Assembly: GCA_002269645.1 (NCBI GenBank)
Contig: NIVC01002499.1
Coordinates: 62,001-126,000 of the forward strand
Source of the DNA: Macrostomum lignano
Lineage: Eukaryota
Direction of reading: 5' to 3'
DNA length: 64,000 nt
The notes beneath the pieces are model-generated. The model searched no databases. It worked only from the letters and a program-made list of their open reading frames with translations, and was not told where the DNA came from. Both the position numbers and the translations under genes were made by a program. The first letter of the stretch is position 1; every line of letters starts with the position of its first letter. Shown in pieces: positions 21,228 to 31,976 of this stretch.

Positions 21228-24200
21228 ATGCCAATGAGCAGCTGCTGTTGTTGGTCGCTTGCCGCAGGCGCTGCGATCCTCCTGGCCCTCGTTGCCGCTC
21301 TGCTGCACGTGGCCCGCAAGCGCGGCTTTTTCTCTCTGCTGGTGTACAGTGTGGACAAGGACTCCACCCGCTGCGGTGGAGACCTGGTGGCCGAGGTGCT
21401 CAAATCCCACGGCGTCAAGTTCGTGTTCACCCTGTGCGGCGGCCATGTGTCTCCGATTCTCGTCGCCTGCGAGAGGCTCGGCCTGCGCGTGGTGGACACC
21501 CGGCACGAGGTCACCACCGTGTTCGCCGCTGATGCCGTCGCCCGCATCTCCGGCGGTCTGGCAGCCGCCTGCGTGACCGCCGGCCCGGGCCTCACCAACA
21601 CGGTCACCGCGGTGAAGAATGCGCAGATGGCCGAGTCGCCGCTGCTGCTGCTCGGCGGAGCCGCTGCCGGCATTCTGAAGGGCCGGGGCGCTCTGCAGGT
21701 ACGGCCGGGCCGGCTGTTCATATTAGTTTCTGGTGGGGCGCCGCCACCCTTCCCTCTGGTCCTTTGGTGAGCGCCGCTTCCTTCCCCTCTGGTCCTTTGG
21801 TGAGCGCCGCCACCCTTCCCTCTGGTCCTTTGGTGAGCGCCGCTTCCTTCCCCTCTGGTCCTTTGGTGAGCGCCGCCACCCTCCCCTCTGGTCCTTTGGT
21901 GAGCGCCGCCACCCTCCCCTCTGGTCCTTTGGTGAGCGCCGCCACCCTCCCCTCTGGTCCTTTGGTGAGCGCCGCCACCGTCACCTCTGGTCCTTTGGTG
22001 AGCGCCGCCACCCTCCCCTCTGGTCCTTTGGGGAGCGCCGCCACCCTCACCTCTCTGGTCCTTTGGTTAGCGCCGCCACCCTCACCTCTCTGGTCCTTTG
22101 GTGAGCGCCGCCACCCTCCCCTCTGGTCCTTTGGTGAGCGCCGCCACCCTCCCCTCTCTGGTCCTTTGGTGAGCGCCGCCACCCTCACCTCTCTGGTCCT
22201 TTGGTGAGCGCCGTCACCCTCCCCTCTGGTCCTTTGGTGAGCGCCGTCACCCTCCCCTCTGGTCCTTTGGTGAGCGCCGCCACCCTCCCCTCTGGTCCTT
22301 TGGTGAGCGCCGCCACCCTCCCCTCTGGTCCTTTGGTGAGCGCCGTCACCCTCCCCTCTGGTCCTTTGGTGAGCGCCGCCACCCTCCCCTCTGGTCCTTT
22401 GGTGAGCGCCGCCTCCCTCCCCTCTCTCTGATCCTTTGGTAGGCGCTCTTACTCTTGTAGTTCCGTTGTCACTGGCGCTGCTCCCCTCTTGTTCCTTTAG
22501 GGCGGTGCGCCGGTGCTGTCTTAATAATTAACTAAGCCTACAATCCTATTGCATGCCTCTGAACCCGTAACACCCCTGAAGGACATCGACCAGCTGGCCC
22601 TGCTGAAGCCGCTCTGCAAGTTCAACGCCACCGTCACAGCCGTCCGGGACATTGTGCCGACCCTGCGTCGCGCCATCCAGGCCGCCCACTCCGGCACGCC
22701 CGGCCCGGTGTTCGTGGAGCTGCCCATCGACACCCTGTACCCCATCGGCCTGGTTGCCCGCGAGATCGGCGTCAAGGAGGCGCCCGGACTCAGCGCACGC
22801 ATCGTCAAGTTCATCGTGGACGCCTACATTCACAATCTGTTTGGCGACGCGTTTCGCAAACGCGACGTCTCGCCGCTGCCGCCGGTCGTGCCGATGCCCA
22901 GCAACGCCCAGGTGGACCGGCTGGCCGACATGATCCGACAAGCCAAGCGGCCCGTGGTGGTGCTGGGCAGCCAGGCCGTGCTGCCCCCTGTGCCAGCTGA
23001 CCGCACCCGGGCCAGCCTGGAGGCCATGGGCCTGCCCTGCTTCCTGGGCGGCATGTCGCGCGGGCTGCTCGGTCAGGACTCGGAGATCCAGGTGATTGCC
23101 CCAGTTTCCATTGAAAATAATTTCTCTGCATATCTCGGTAAACTGCCTCCTAGCCGCTCTCAATTTCCTTCGAGAAAGTTCCCCTGAAGAGAATCACCCT
23201 CCCCGAATTCCCTTAAAGAGAGAATCACCCTCCCAAATTCCCCTGAAGAGAATCACCCTCCCAAATTCCCCTGAAGAGAATCGCCTTCCCCAAATTCCCC
23301 TGAAGAGAATCGCCCTCCCAAATTCCCCTAAAGAGAATCGCCCTCCCAAATTCCCCTGAAGAGAATCGCCTTCCCAAATTCCCCTAACGAGAATCACCCT
23401 CCCAAATTCCCCTGAAGAGAATCACCCTCCCAAATTCCCCTGAAGAGAATCGCCCTCCCCAAACTCCCCTGAAGAGAATCGCCCTCCCAAATTCCCCTAA
23501 AGAGAATCGCCCTCCCAAATTCCCCTAAAGAGAATCGCCCTCTACTTAATTTCCCAATCCAATTCAATCCAATCACTCCTTGCCCCTTCAGCTCCGCCAC
23601 TGCCGTCGCGACGCCCTGCGCGAGGCCGACTTCGTCCTGCTGGCCGGCACCGTCTGCGACTTTCGCCTCAACTACGGCCGGTCGCTGAGCCGCCGCAGCC
23701 GCATCGCCGCCGTCAACCGCTCCGAGGCGCAGCTGCGCCGCAACTCCGACCTGTTCTGGACACCCGCCCTGGCCGTCGTTGCGGACGTCGGCACCACGCT
23801 GGAGCGCGTCGCCCAGCGCTTGGCCGGCCACCGGCCGCCCGAGGACTGGCTGGCCAGCCTGCGCACACTAGACTCGGACAAGTCCCGGTCGAACTCGGCC
23901 AAAGCGGCCGAACCGCTGGCCGCCAGCGGCAAATTGAATCCGCTTCACGTCCTCACCAAGCTGGAGGCCGCCATGTCCGACCGCACCGTCCTTGTGGCCG
24001 ACGGCGGCGATTTTGTCGGCTCGGCCGCCTACCTGCTCCGGCCGCGTGGGCCGCTCCGCTGGCTGGACCCCGGCGCGTTTGGCACCCTCGGGGTCGGGGC
24101 TGGCTTTGCTCTGGGCGCCAAGCTCTGCCTGCCGGATCACGACATTGTAGTGGTGTGGGGCGACGGCTCGCTGGGCTACTCGCTGGTCGAGTTCGACACC

Positions 24201-26211
24201 TTCAAGCGGCACGAGCTGTCCGTGTTGGGCATCGTTGGCAACGATGCCTGCTGGACTCAAATTGCCAGGGAGCAGGTGCGGTATTTGACTTTGAGGCAGG
24301 GCTGATAGCGGGGCAGTTAGCAGTGCTGATAGCGGGGCAGCTAGCAGAGCTGATAGCGGGGCAGCTAGCAGGGCTGATAGCGGGGCAGCTAGCACGGCTG
24401 ATAGCGGGGCAGCTAGCACGGCTGATAGCGGGGCAGTTAGCAGGGCTGATAGCGGGGCAGTTAGCAGGGCTGATAGCGGGGCAGTTAGCAGGGCTGATAG
24501 CAGGGCAGTTAGCAGGGCTGACAGCGGGGCAGCTAGCAGGGCTGATAGCGGGGCAGTTAGCAGGGCAGTTAGCAGGGCTGATAGCGGGGTCGTTAGCAGG
24601 GCTGATAGCGGGGCAGCTAGCACGGCTGATAGCGGGGCAGTTAGCAGGGCTGATAGCGGGGCAGTTAGCAGGGCTGATAGCGGGGCAGTTAGCAGGGCTG
24701 ATAGCAGGGCAGCTAGCACGGCTGATAGCGGGGCAGTTAGCAGGGCTGATAGCGGGGCAGTTAGCAGGGCTGATAGCGGGGCAGTTAGCAGTGCTGATAG
24801 CGGGGCAGCTAGCAGAGCTGATAGCGGGGCAGCTAGCAGGGCTGATAGCGGGGCAGTTAGCAGGGCTGATAGCGGGGCAGCTAGCACGGCTGATAGCGGG
24901 GCTGATAGCGGGGCAGTTAGCAGGGCTGATAGCGGGGCAGTTAGCAGGGCTGATAGCAGGGCAGTTAGCAGGGCTGACAGCGGGGCAGCTAGCAGGGCTG
25001 ATAGCGGGGCAGTTAGCAGGGCTGATAGCGGGGCAGTTAGCAGGGCTGATAGCAGGGCAGCTAGCACGGCTGATAGCGGGGCAGTTAGCAGGGCTGATAG
25101 CGGGGCAGTTAGCAGGGCTGATAGCGGGGCAGTTAGCAGTGCTGATAGCGGGGCAGCTAGCAGAGCTGATAGCGGGGCAGCTAGCAGGGCTGATAGCGGG
25201 GCAGTTAGCAGGGCTGATAGCGGGGCAGCTAGCACGGCTGATAGCGGGGCTGATAGCGGGGCAGTTAGCAGGGCTGATAGCGGGGCAGTTAGCAGGGCTG
25301 ATAGCAGGGCAGTTAGCAGGGCTGACAGCGGGGCAGCTAGCAGGGCTGATAGCGGGGCAGTTAGCAGGGCAGTTAGCAGGGCTGATAGCGGGGTCGTTAG
25401 CAGGGCTGATAGCGGGGCAGCTAGCACGGCTGATAGCGGGGCAGTTAGCAGGGCTGATAGCGGGGCAGTTAGCAGGGCTGATAGCGGGGCAGTTAGCAGG
25501 GCTGATAGCAGGGCAGCTAGCACGGCTGATAGCGGGGCAGTTAGCACGGCTGATAGCGGGGCAGTTAGCAGGGCTGATAGCGGGGCAGTTAGCAGGGCTG
25601 ATAGCGGGGCAGTTAGCAGTGCTGATAGCGGGGCAGTTAGCAGGGCTGATAGCGGGGCAGTTAGCAGTGCTGATAGCGGGACAGTTAGCAGGGCTGATAG
25701 CAGGGCAGTTAGCAGTGCTGATAGCAGGGCAGTTAACAGGGCTGATAGCGGGGCAGTTAGCAGGGCTGATAGCGGGGCAGTTAGCAGTGCTGATAGCGGG
25801 GCAGTTAGCAGGGCTGACAGCGGGGCAGTTAGCAGTGCTGATAGCAGGGCAGTTAACAGGGCTGATAGCGGGGCAGTTAGCAGGGCTGACAGCGGGGCAG
25901 TTAGCAGTGCTGATATGCTGAATTGCATTATGCAGTGAAGGAAGTCCCGCAGTTGCTAAAGCTCGCGCATTCCCCACGCCTCGCAGATTCCCCTGTTCGG
26001 CAGCAGCGTGGGCTGCGAGCTGAGCTACAGCCGCTACGACCAGGCCATGTCCGCCTTCGACTGTCGCGGCATTCTGGTGGACGAACCGGACGCCGGCCGC
26101 CTGTCCGAGGTGTTCGCCGAAGCCCTGCAGGCCACGCGCGGAGGGACGCCCTGCCTTGTGAACTGTCTGATTGGCAAGACCGACTTCCGTGAGGGCAGCG
26201 TCAGCGTGTGA
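21228..26211 (+). CDS. ILVBL: Acetolactate synthase-like / 2-hydroxyacyl-CoA lyase 2 (TPP enzyme with N-terminal TM anchor); exons 21228-21698, 22582-23091, 23592-24275, 25987-26211
   Basis: [61 protein letters not shown] motif GDGS...GND, C-terminal [13 protein letters not shown]. All three introns GT-AG, phase 0. Alternative in-frame starts at 21192 and 21234. Confidence 0.95.
21748..22430. repeat. Minisatellite, 33-bp unit, ~20 copies, ILVBL intron 1
   Basis: Unit CTCTGGTCCTTTGGTGAGCGCCGCCACCCTCCC. Confidence 0.97.
23170..23545. repeat. Minisatellite, ~28-bp unit, ILVBL intron 2
   Basis: Unit CCTCCCAAATTCCCCTGAAGAGAATCGC. Confidence 0.95.
24300..25915. repeat. Minisatellite, 24-bp unit, ~65 copies, ILVBL intron 3
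   Basis: Unit GCTGATAGCGGGGCAGTTAGCAGG; source of the spurious [16 protein letters not shown] and CPAISPAN ORFs. Confidence 0.97.
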
Positions 26212-26789
26212 AAGTGCTCGGCGCTTTGAGCATTACAATAATCGCAATACTGGGTACTGGTTGCTATGGGGCTGGGATGCGGAGGATTCGGTAACTGTAG
26301 GCTGGGATTCAGTTTACCTGTGTAATTGTTCTGTTTTAGCATGCCTGCACTGTGCTTCTAATTGACACTCCTGGGCTTCATATTCATAGAATTTGTCATT
26401 TCTTTCATACGAGCTCTCAGACTCAGAGCTCCGGGGCTGATTGGACTCAAGCTCCGACTATTCGAACCAATTTGTGACTGGCCGCAGTTTTTTATTCCAG
26501 CCAGAGTAGACATTATAAGTATGGATTGCGCTGATTGTTAAATTTCACATATTTTTGCAGCTTTATTATTTTTCACAGCGTATTGATTATTAGATTATTC
26601 CGCTCCCTGCTATCGACTGGCACTTTCAATTCTTAATGCGATTTTTTCATTTCATTGCGAATCAACCCAGCGGGATAAAATCCAACAACTTAACAACTTT
26701 TGGGATACCTGTTTTCTATGTTGTTCTTCGTCTCAGCATTATTTGGCTCTTTCATTTTGTTTGTTTCTTTGGAGACGCTAGATGTCTGG

Positions 26790-27245
26790 TTTCCCAGATC
26801 TCCCAGCAACTGGCACCTGAGGTTCAGCTCCCAGATCTCCCAGCAACTGGCACCTGAGATTTAGCTCCCAGATCCCCCAGCAACTGGCACCTGAGATTCA
26901 GCTCCCAGATCCCCCAGCAACTGGCACCTGAGATTCAGCTCCCAGATCTCCCAGCAACTGGAACCTGAGATTCAGCTCCCAGATCCCCCAGCACCTGAGA
27001 TTCAGCTCCCAGATCTCCCAGCAACTGGCACCTGAGATTCAGCTCCCAGATCCTTAGCAACTGGCACCTGAGATTCAGCTCCCAGATCCCCCAGCACCTG
27101 AAATTCAACTCCCAGATCCCCCAGCACCTGAGATTCAGCTCCCAGATCCCCCAGCACCTGAGATTCAGCTCCCAGATCTCCCAGCAACTGGCACCTGAGA
27201 TTCAGCTCCCAGATCTCCCAGCAACTGGCACATGAGATTCAGCTC
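26790..27245. repeat. Minisatellite, 37/27-bp units, immediately upstream of the SUFU main exon
   Basis: Unit GAGATTCAGCTCCCAGATCTCCCAGCAACTGGCACCT with internal deletions. Confidence 0.95.
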
Positions 27246-28911
27246 CCGACTCTCGCTCCCGCAGCAGTCGGCCGCAGCCCCAGTCGCAGCGCCAGTGGCG
27301 GCGCCAGTCGCGGCGCCAGACGAGGCCGTTCCGCCCGGCCTTGAGCTGCTGCGCACAACCTGCCTGGCGCTCTACCCCAGCCAGACCTGCCCGCTGCACT
27401 TTTACTCTGTGCTCAAGTACTGGCAGGGCGGCCCCGACCCGCTGGACTGCGTGCTCGCCTTCGCCCACCCGGGCGATTCCGAGGTGTCACCGCACTGGCA
27501 CTTCGTCACCGCCGGCCTCTCCGACCTCCATGGCGACGGCCGCGTCCACGAGCGGGCAGCCGGGCCCGGCGACGCCTCCGGCTTCGGCTTCGAGCTGTCG
27601 TTCCGGGTGCGCCGCGAGGACCCGATCTCGCCGCCGCCGCAGTGGGCGGCCCGCCTGCTGCAGTCGCTGGCCCGCTACGTGTTCGCCACCGGCTGCCTCA
27701 TCAGCGCCGGCGACTTCGTGCCCTGGCCCGGCCCGCTTGACGGCAGCCGCGATTCCCGGCTGCAGCACCTGCTGCTGGCCTCCGACCCGCGCCTGCCGCC
27801 CTGCGCCCAGGGCCCGCTGGGCAGCGTCCGCTTCCCCCTGCTGCTCGGAGCAACTGCGGACGAGCTGGCGGCCGCCCAGGCCTGGTCTGTGCCGGCCATC
27901 GCCAGCATGCTGCCCATCGTCACTGACATGCGCCGGGGCGAGTCCCTGTTCGACCTGCACCCCGAGCTGCGCGAGATGGTGCGCGATCAGCAGGTCTGTG
28001 GCGACTGACTTCCTACTTGTCTTATTTCTATCATCATTGACAATGTCTCTGCTGTAGATCCGAGATCCCTAAGATAGCAACCCGGATCCCAAAGCCAGCA
28101 TACCAGATCCCTAAGATAGCAACCCGGATCCCAAAGCCAGCATACCAGATCCCTAAGATAGCAACCCGGATCCCAAAGCCAGCATACCAGATCCCTAAGA
28201 TAGCAACCCGGATCCCAAAGCCAGCATACCAGATCCCAAAGCCAGCATCCCAGATCCCAAAGCCAGCATCCCATGTCTCAGATGCCAGCATCCCAGATCC
28301 CAAAGCCAGCATCCCAGATCCCAAAGCCAGCATCCCAGATCCCAAAGCCAGCATCCCATGTCTCAGATGCCAAACGCAACGTGCCAAATCCCGCGTCCCA
28401 GATCTCAAAGCCAGCCATCCCGGTTTTCTTCTCCCAGGAGCAGCACGGCAGCGGCCTGGCGGCGGTCACGTGCCGCCTGATGTGGCTGGACGAGGACGGG
28501 CCATCCGGTGGCGCCGCCGAGGTGACCACGGTGTCCCGGCCGCACATCCACGTGTCGCACGAGGCCGGCCTGGCGCTGCCTGACGCGCTGGAGTCGCGGC
28601 TCCGCAAAGGCCGCCATTTCACCCTCGTGTCGGCCGGCGGCGGCGGCCACGCCGTTTCCCTGGTGCCCAGCGCCGTCCGCGGCGTCGTGGTGACGGAGGA
28701 GCTTCCGTACGCGGCCAGAGGCCTGTGGCTGCACGCGCTGATCTCGGACGAGCTGCTGGAGCAGATGGACTACGAAATGCACTGCCTGCGGCTGCCGCCA
28801 GACCGGCAGGAGTGGCCGCGCTGCTTCCGCTGGGAGTCCAAGGGCCTCGCCATCACCGTCCATGGGCCCGGCGCCACCCTGCCCGATCCGCCGCCCGACT
28901 CTCCGATTTGA
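27232..28911 (+). CDS. SUFU: Suppressor of fused (Hedgehog pathway); exons ~27232-27993 and 28438-28911
   Basis: PPGL, KYWQGGPDPLD, HWHFVTAGLSDLHGDGRVH, SGFGFELSFR, LQSLARYVF, VTDMRRGESLF. C-domain: RLRKGRHFT, TEELPYAARGLWL, ending PDSPI. Phase-0 GT-AG intron. Start codon uncertain. Confidence 0.95.
28065..28415. repeat. Composite minisatellite (42-bp then 21-bp units) in the SUFU intron
   Basis: CCAGATCCCAAAGCCAGCATC core. Confidence 0.93.
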
Positions 28912-28914
28912 GAC

Positions 28915-29222
28915 TTAAATCCCCATGATAGCTGAGCTCGAATCCCCATGATAGCTGAGCTCGAATCCCCATGATAGCTGAGCTCGAATCCCCAAGTTAT
29001 CTGAGCTCGAATCCCCAAGTTAGCTGAGCTCGAATCCCCAAGTTAGCTGAGCTCGAATCCCCAAGTTAGCTGAGCTTGAATCCCCAAGTTAGCTGAGCTC
29101 GAATCCCCAAGTTAGCTGAGCTCGAATCCCCAAGTTAGCTGAGCTCGAATCCCCAAGTTAGCTGAGCTCGAATCCCCATGTTATGAGCTCGAATCCTCGG
29201 TTAGATGAGCTCGAATCCCAAA
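28915..29222. repeat. Minisatellite, 23-bp unit, starting right after the SUFU stop codon
   Basis: Unit GCTGAGCTCGAATCCCCAAGTTA. Confidence 0.95.
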
Positions 29223-29898
29223 CCAAGCCTGTACTGGCGCAACCACTGCTCGCTCATTTCTATCTTCAATACTGTCAATAAGTATTGTATTTGCTCTGTT
29301 AATTAGCTTTTTACAGACACTATCAGGCGTTTGTACTGCAGATGTTTTATCAGTGGCAACACTGTTCGTACACTCGAACTCTACTCGGCGCATGCCTGTT
29401 TTGCACTTTTTTATCCCATTGTTTACACCGCATGTGCTTCCTGGGTGCCTGTCGGCGCACCCTGCTACTCAATGCCTACCTTACCTGCCCATGGTGCGGC
29501 AGACTCATGCCACGCTTAACGCAACTGACTTTCTGTGTCTATCATTTTCAAGCTTTGTAGCCGGAATTTCAATTTTTTAAATCAATAATCAATTAGCAAA
29601 AGTACAAAGAATTGCTTGTGGTTTTATTGCTATTTGTGAGAACTTGAAAGGTTGCAAAGTTTTCTTTGAAATTTTGGGTCGGCCTTGGTGAAATTCTTTC
29701 TCATGCAACTGAACTGCTTTCGCTAAGCTGTTTTCTAGATAAGATTCCCAATGATTAGCTGAGCTGCTCAGCTTGGAGGGGCCGTCTGTTATCTTGGCGA
29801 ATTTAAGATACGAATTCTCTTATCTGGCTTTAACCCTACCGCTGCTCAGCCTAGCATGTCTTATCTATGCTGATTGCTCTCAGTTCATTTTTCAACTG

Positions 29899-30612
29899 GC
29901 CATTCCATTTCCCACCCTGTCATTCCATTTGCCATCCTGTCATTCCATTTCCCACCCTGTAATTCCATTTCCCACCCTGTCATTCCATTTCCCACCCTGT
30001 AATTCCATTTGCCATCCTGCCATTCCATTTGCCATCCTGCCATTCCATTTGCCATCCTGTCATTCCATTTCCCACCCTGTAATTCCATTTCCCATCCTGT
30101 CATTCCATTTCCCATCCTGTCATTCCATTTCCCATCCTGCCATTCCATTTCCCATCCTGTCATTCCATTTCCCACCCTGCCATTCCATTTCCCATCCTGT
30201 CATTCCATTTCCCATCCTGTCATTCCATTTCCCATCCTGTCATTCCATTTGCCATCCTCCCATTCCATTTCCCATCCTGCCATTCCATTTCCCATCCTGC
30301 CATTCCTTTTCCCATCCTGTCACTCCATTTCCCATCCTGTCATTCCATTTGCCATCCTGCCATTCCATTTCCCATCCTGCCATTTCATTTCCCATTCTGC
30401 CATTCTATTTCCCATCTTGCCATTCCATTTCCCATCCTGTCATTCCATTTCCCATCCTGCCATTCCATTTGCCATTCTGCCATTCTATTTCCCATCCTGC
30501 CATTTCATTTCCCATTCTGCCATTCTATTTCCCATCCTGCCATTCCATTTGCCATTCTGCCATTCTATTTCCTATCCTGCCATTCCATTTGCCATCCTGC
30601 CATTCCATATTC
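29899..30612. repeat. Pyrimidine-rich minisatellite, 20-bp unit, ending at an AG 15 nt before the USP ATG
   Basis: Unit CATTCCATTTCCCATCCTGT. Confidence 0.96.
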
Positions 30613-30630
30613 CAGCCACAGCGCGCCGCC

Positions 30631-31140
30631 ATGTCCAGCCCTGCAGCCGTGACCGCTGGCGCAGCGGAGAAGTCCATGAAGGTGGTGCTGCTGGCGGTAG
30701 ACAGCTCGCCGCACTGCAAGCGCGCATTCGACATGTACCTGAAGCAGGTGCGCCAGCCCACGGACGTCCTGCTGCTTGTCCACGCCGTGGAGCCGCCCAG
30801 CCAGCCGGTGGCGCTGAGCGTCAGCGACAACTTCTTGAAGCGGCACACGGAGCTGATGGAGGAGCAGCTGGCGGAGGCTGAGCGGCTCAAGCAGCGCTGG
30901 AAGGACGCCTGCCACCAGCTGGGCATCAAGAAGTTCTCCTTCGTGAATGTGTCCGGCGAGCCTGGCGAGGCCATCGTGCAGGCGGCCGAGGAGCACGAGG
31001 CGGACCTGGTGGTGATGGGCAGCCGCGGCCTCGGCACCCTGCGGCGCACCTTCCTGGGCTCCGTGAGCGACTACGTGCTGCACCACGCCTACAGGCCGGT
31101 GCTCATCTGCCCGCCGTCCAAGCGGGAGGCCACTGAGTAG
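30631..31140 (+). CDS. Universal stress protein (UspA family), 169 aa, single coding exon
   Basis: KVVLLAVDSS, LLLVH, GEPGEAIVQAAEE...ADLVVMGSRGLG...FLGSVSDYVLHHA..PVLICP (G-2x-G-9x-GS ATP motif). Kozak context GCCGCCATG. Confidence 0.95.
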   Translation: MSSPAAVTAGAAEKSMKVVLLAVDSSPHCKRAFDMYLKQVRQPTDVLLLVHAVEPPSQPVALSVSDNFLKRHTELMEEQLAEAERLKQRWKDACHQLGIKKFSFVNVSGEPGEAIVQAAEEHEADLVVMGSRGLGTLRRTFLGSVSDYVLHHAYRPVLICPPSKREATE

Positions 31141-31801
31141 CCTGCGGGTTTCTTGTAATCCCGAAAATTTGAGACTTTTGCAAGAGAGGTCAGTAGCTTT
31201 TCAGTAGTATAAAATGCACATCGTTGCCAATTAAGAGATGAGAAAACTGGAGTTTGGGTTCTTTGCAGTTAATTGCTGCGCTCTAAAATTATAGTGTTAA
31301 TGTCCTCAAAAACTACTGAAAAGTTTCGATGTCAGTAGCTTGATTGCGGAGTGGCCCTTTATTAAATAAAACTGTTTGAACTCGCCTACTCATAGTAGCG
31401 TAAAACGCGCGAATTTTTTTTCCAAAGCCGACCTTGATAAATTTCTGATCGCCTGGCAACGCAAGCAGCTTTTCTGATGTTTTTCTGCTTCATTATAACC
31501 CCCTTTGTTAGCCATTTCTACTGTGTTTGCCCGTAATCCATGTTCGCTTGGCTCGGTAAGCTTTCCTAAGTTAAACTAATTAATTAACTTATTACTCACC
31601 TACAGTAAGTATTGCGCCATGGCGTTCTCGCTCATTTTCTCTGATCTGCGCGCGCACTTTTTCTACTGTACTTTGGGTCAATTTTGCTTGATTAAAAATA
31701 TAATCGTATCAATCATAATGTTATTTCCTTGAGTTCGCCTTTGTCATCAAACATTTTGGCATCGGATAAGCCTTCGTGTAGTTCTATTGCGCTGCGCTGA
31801 G

Positions 31802-31863
31802 CAGTCACGTGACCTGTCGGATCCCGGATCACGTGACTCGGATTATGGCCATAAAATGGCGGG
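31802..31863. promoter_or_regulatory. Promoter-like cluster: two CACGTG E-boxes (GTCACGTGAC, TCACGTGAC) plus a YY1-like AAAATGGCGG
   Basis: Motifs at 31804-31813, 31829-31837 and ~31853-31862; target gene not identified. Confidence 0.4.
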
Positions 31864-31976
31864 TTGCCTACATCATCTGGCTGAGCAGTTTCGACCAAAT
31901 TACGCTAAATGAGAGCTAACCGCAGGTGCATGTTACTGTACACGCCAGGACAGGTGTACTTAGCATATCTGCATGA

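Noticed and set aside
23868-25977. Three 590-690-aa ORFs (SALLTAPL / LIAGQLAG / CPAISPAN repeats)
   Set aside because: Read-through of the 24-bp array inside ILVBL intron 3, which is bounded by clear GT-AG sites.
29773-30630. Long N-terminal extension of the USP ORF (455 aa)
   Set aside because: It is the 20-bp array. The domain starts at the Kozak ATG 30631 after an acceptor-like AG.
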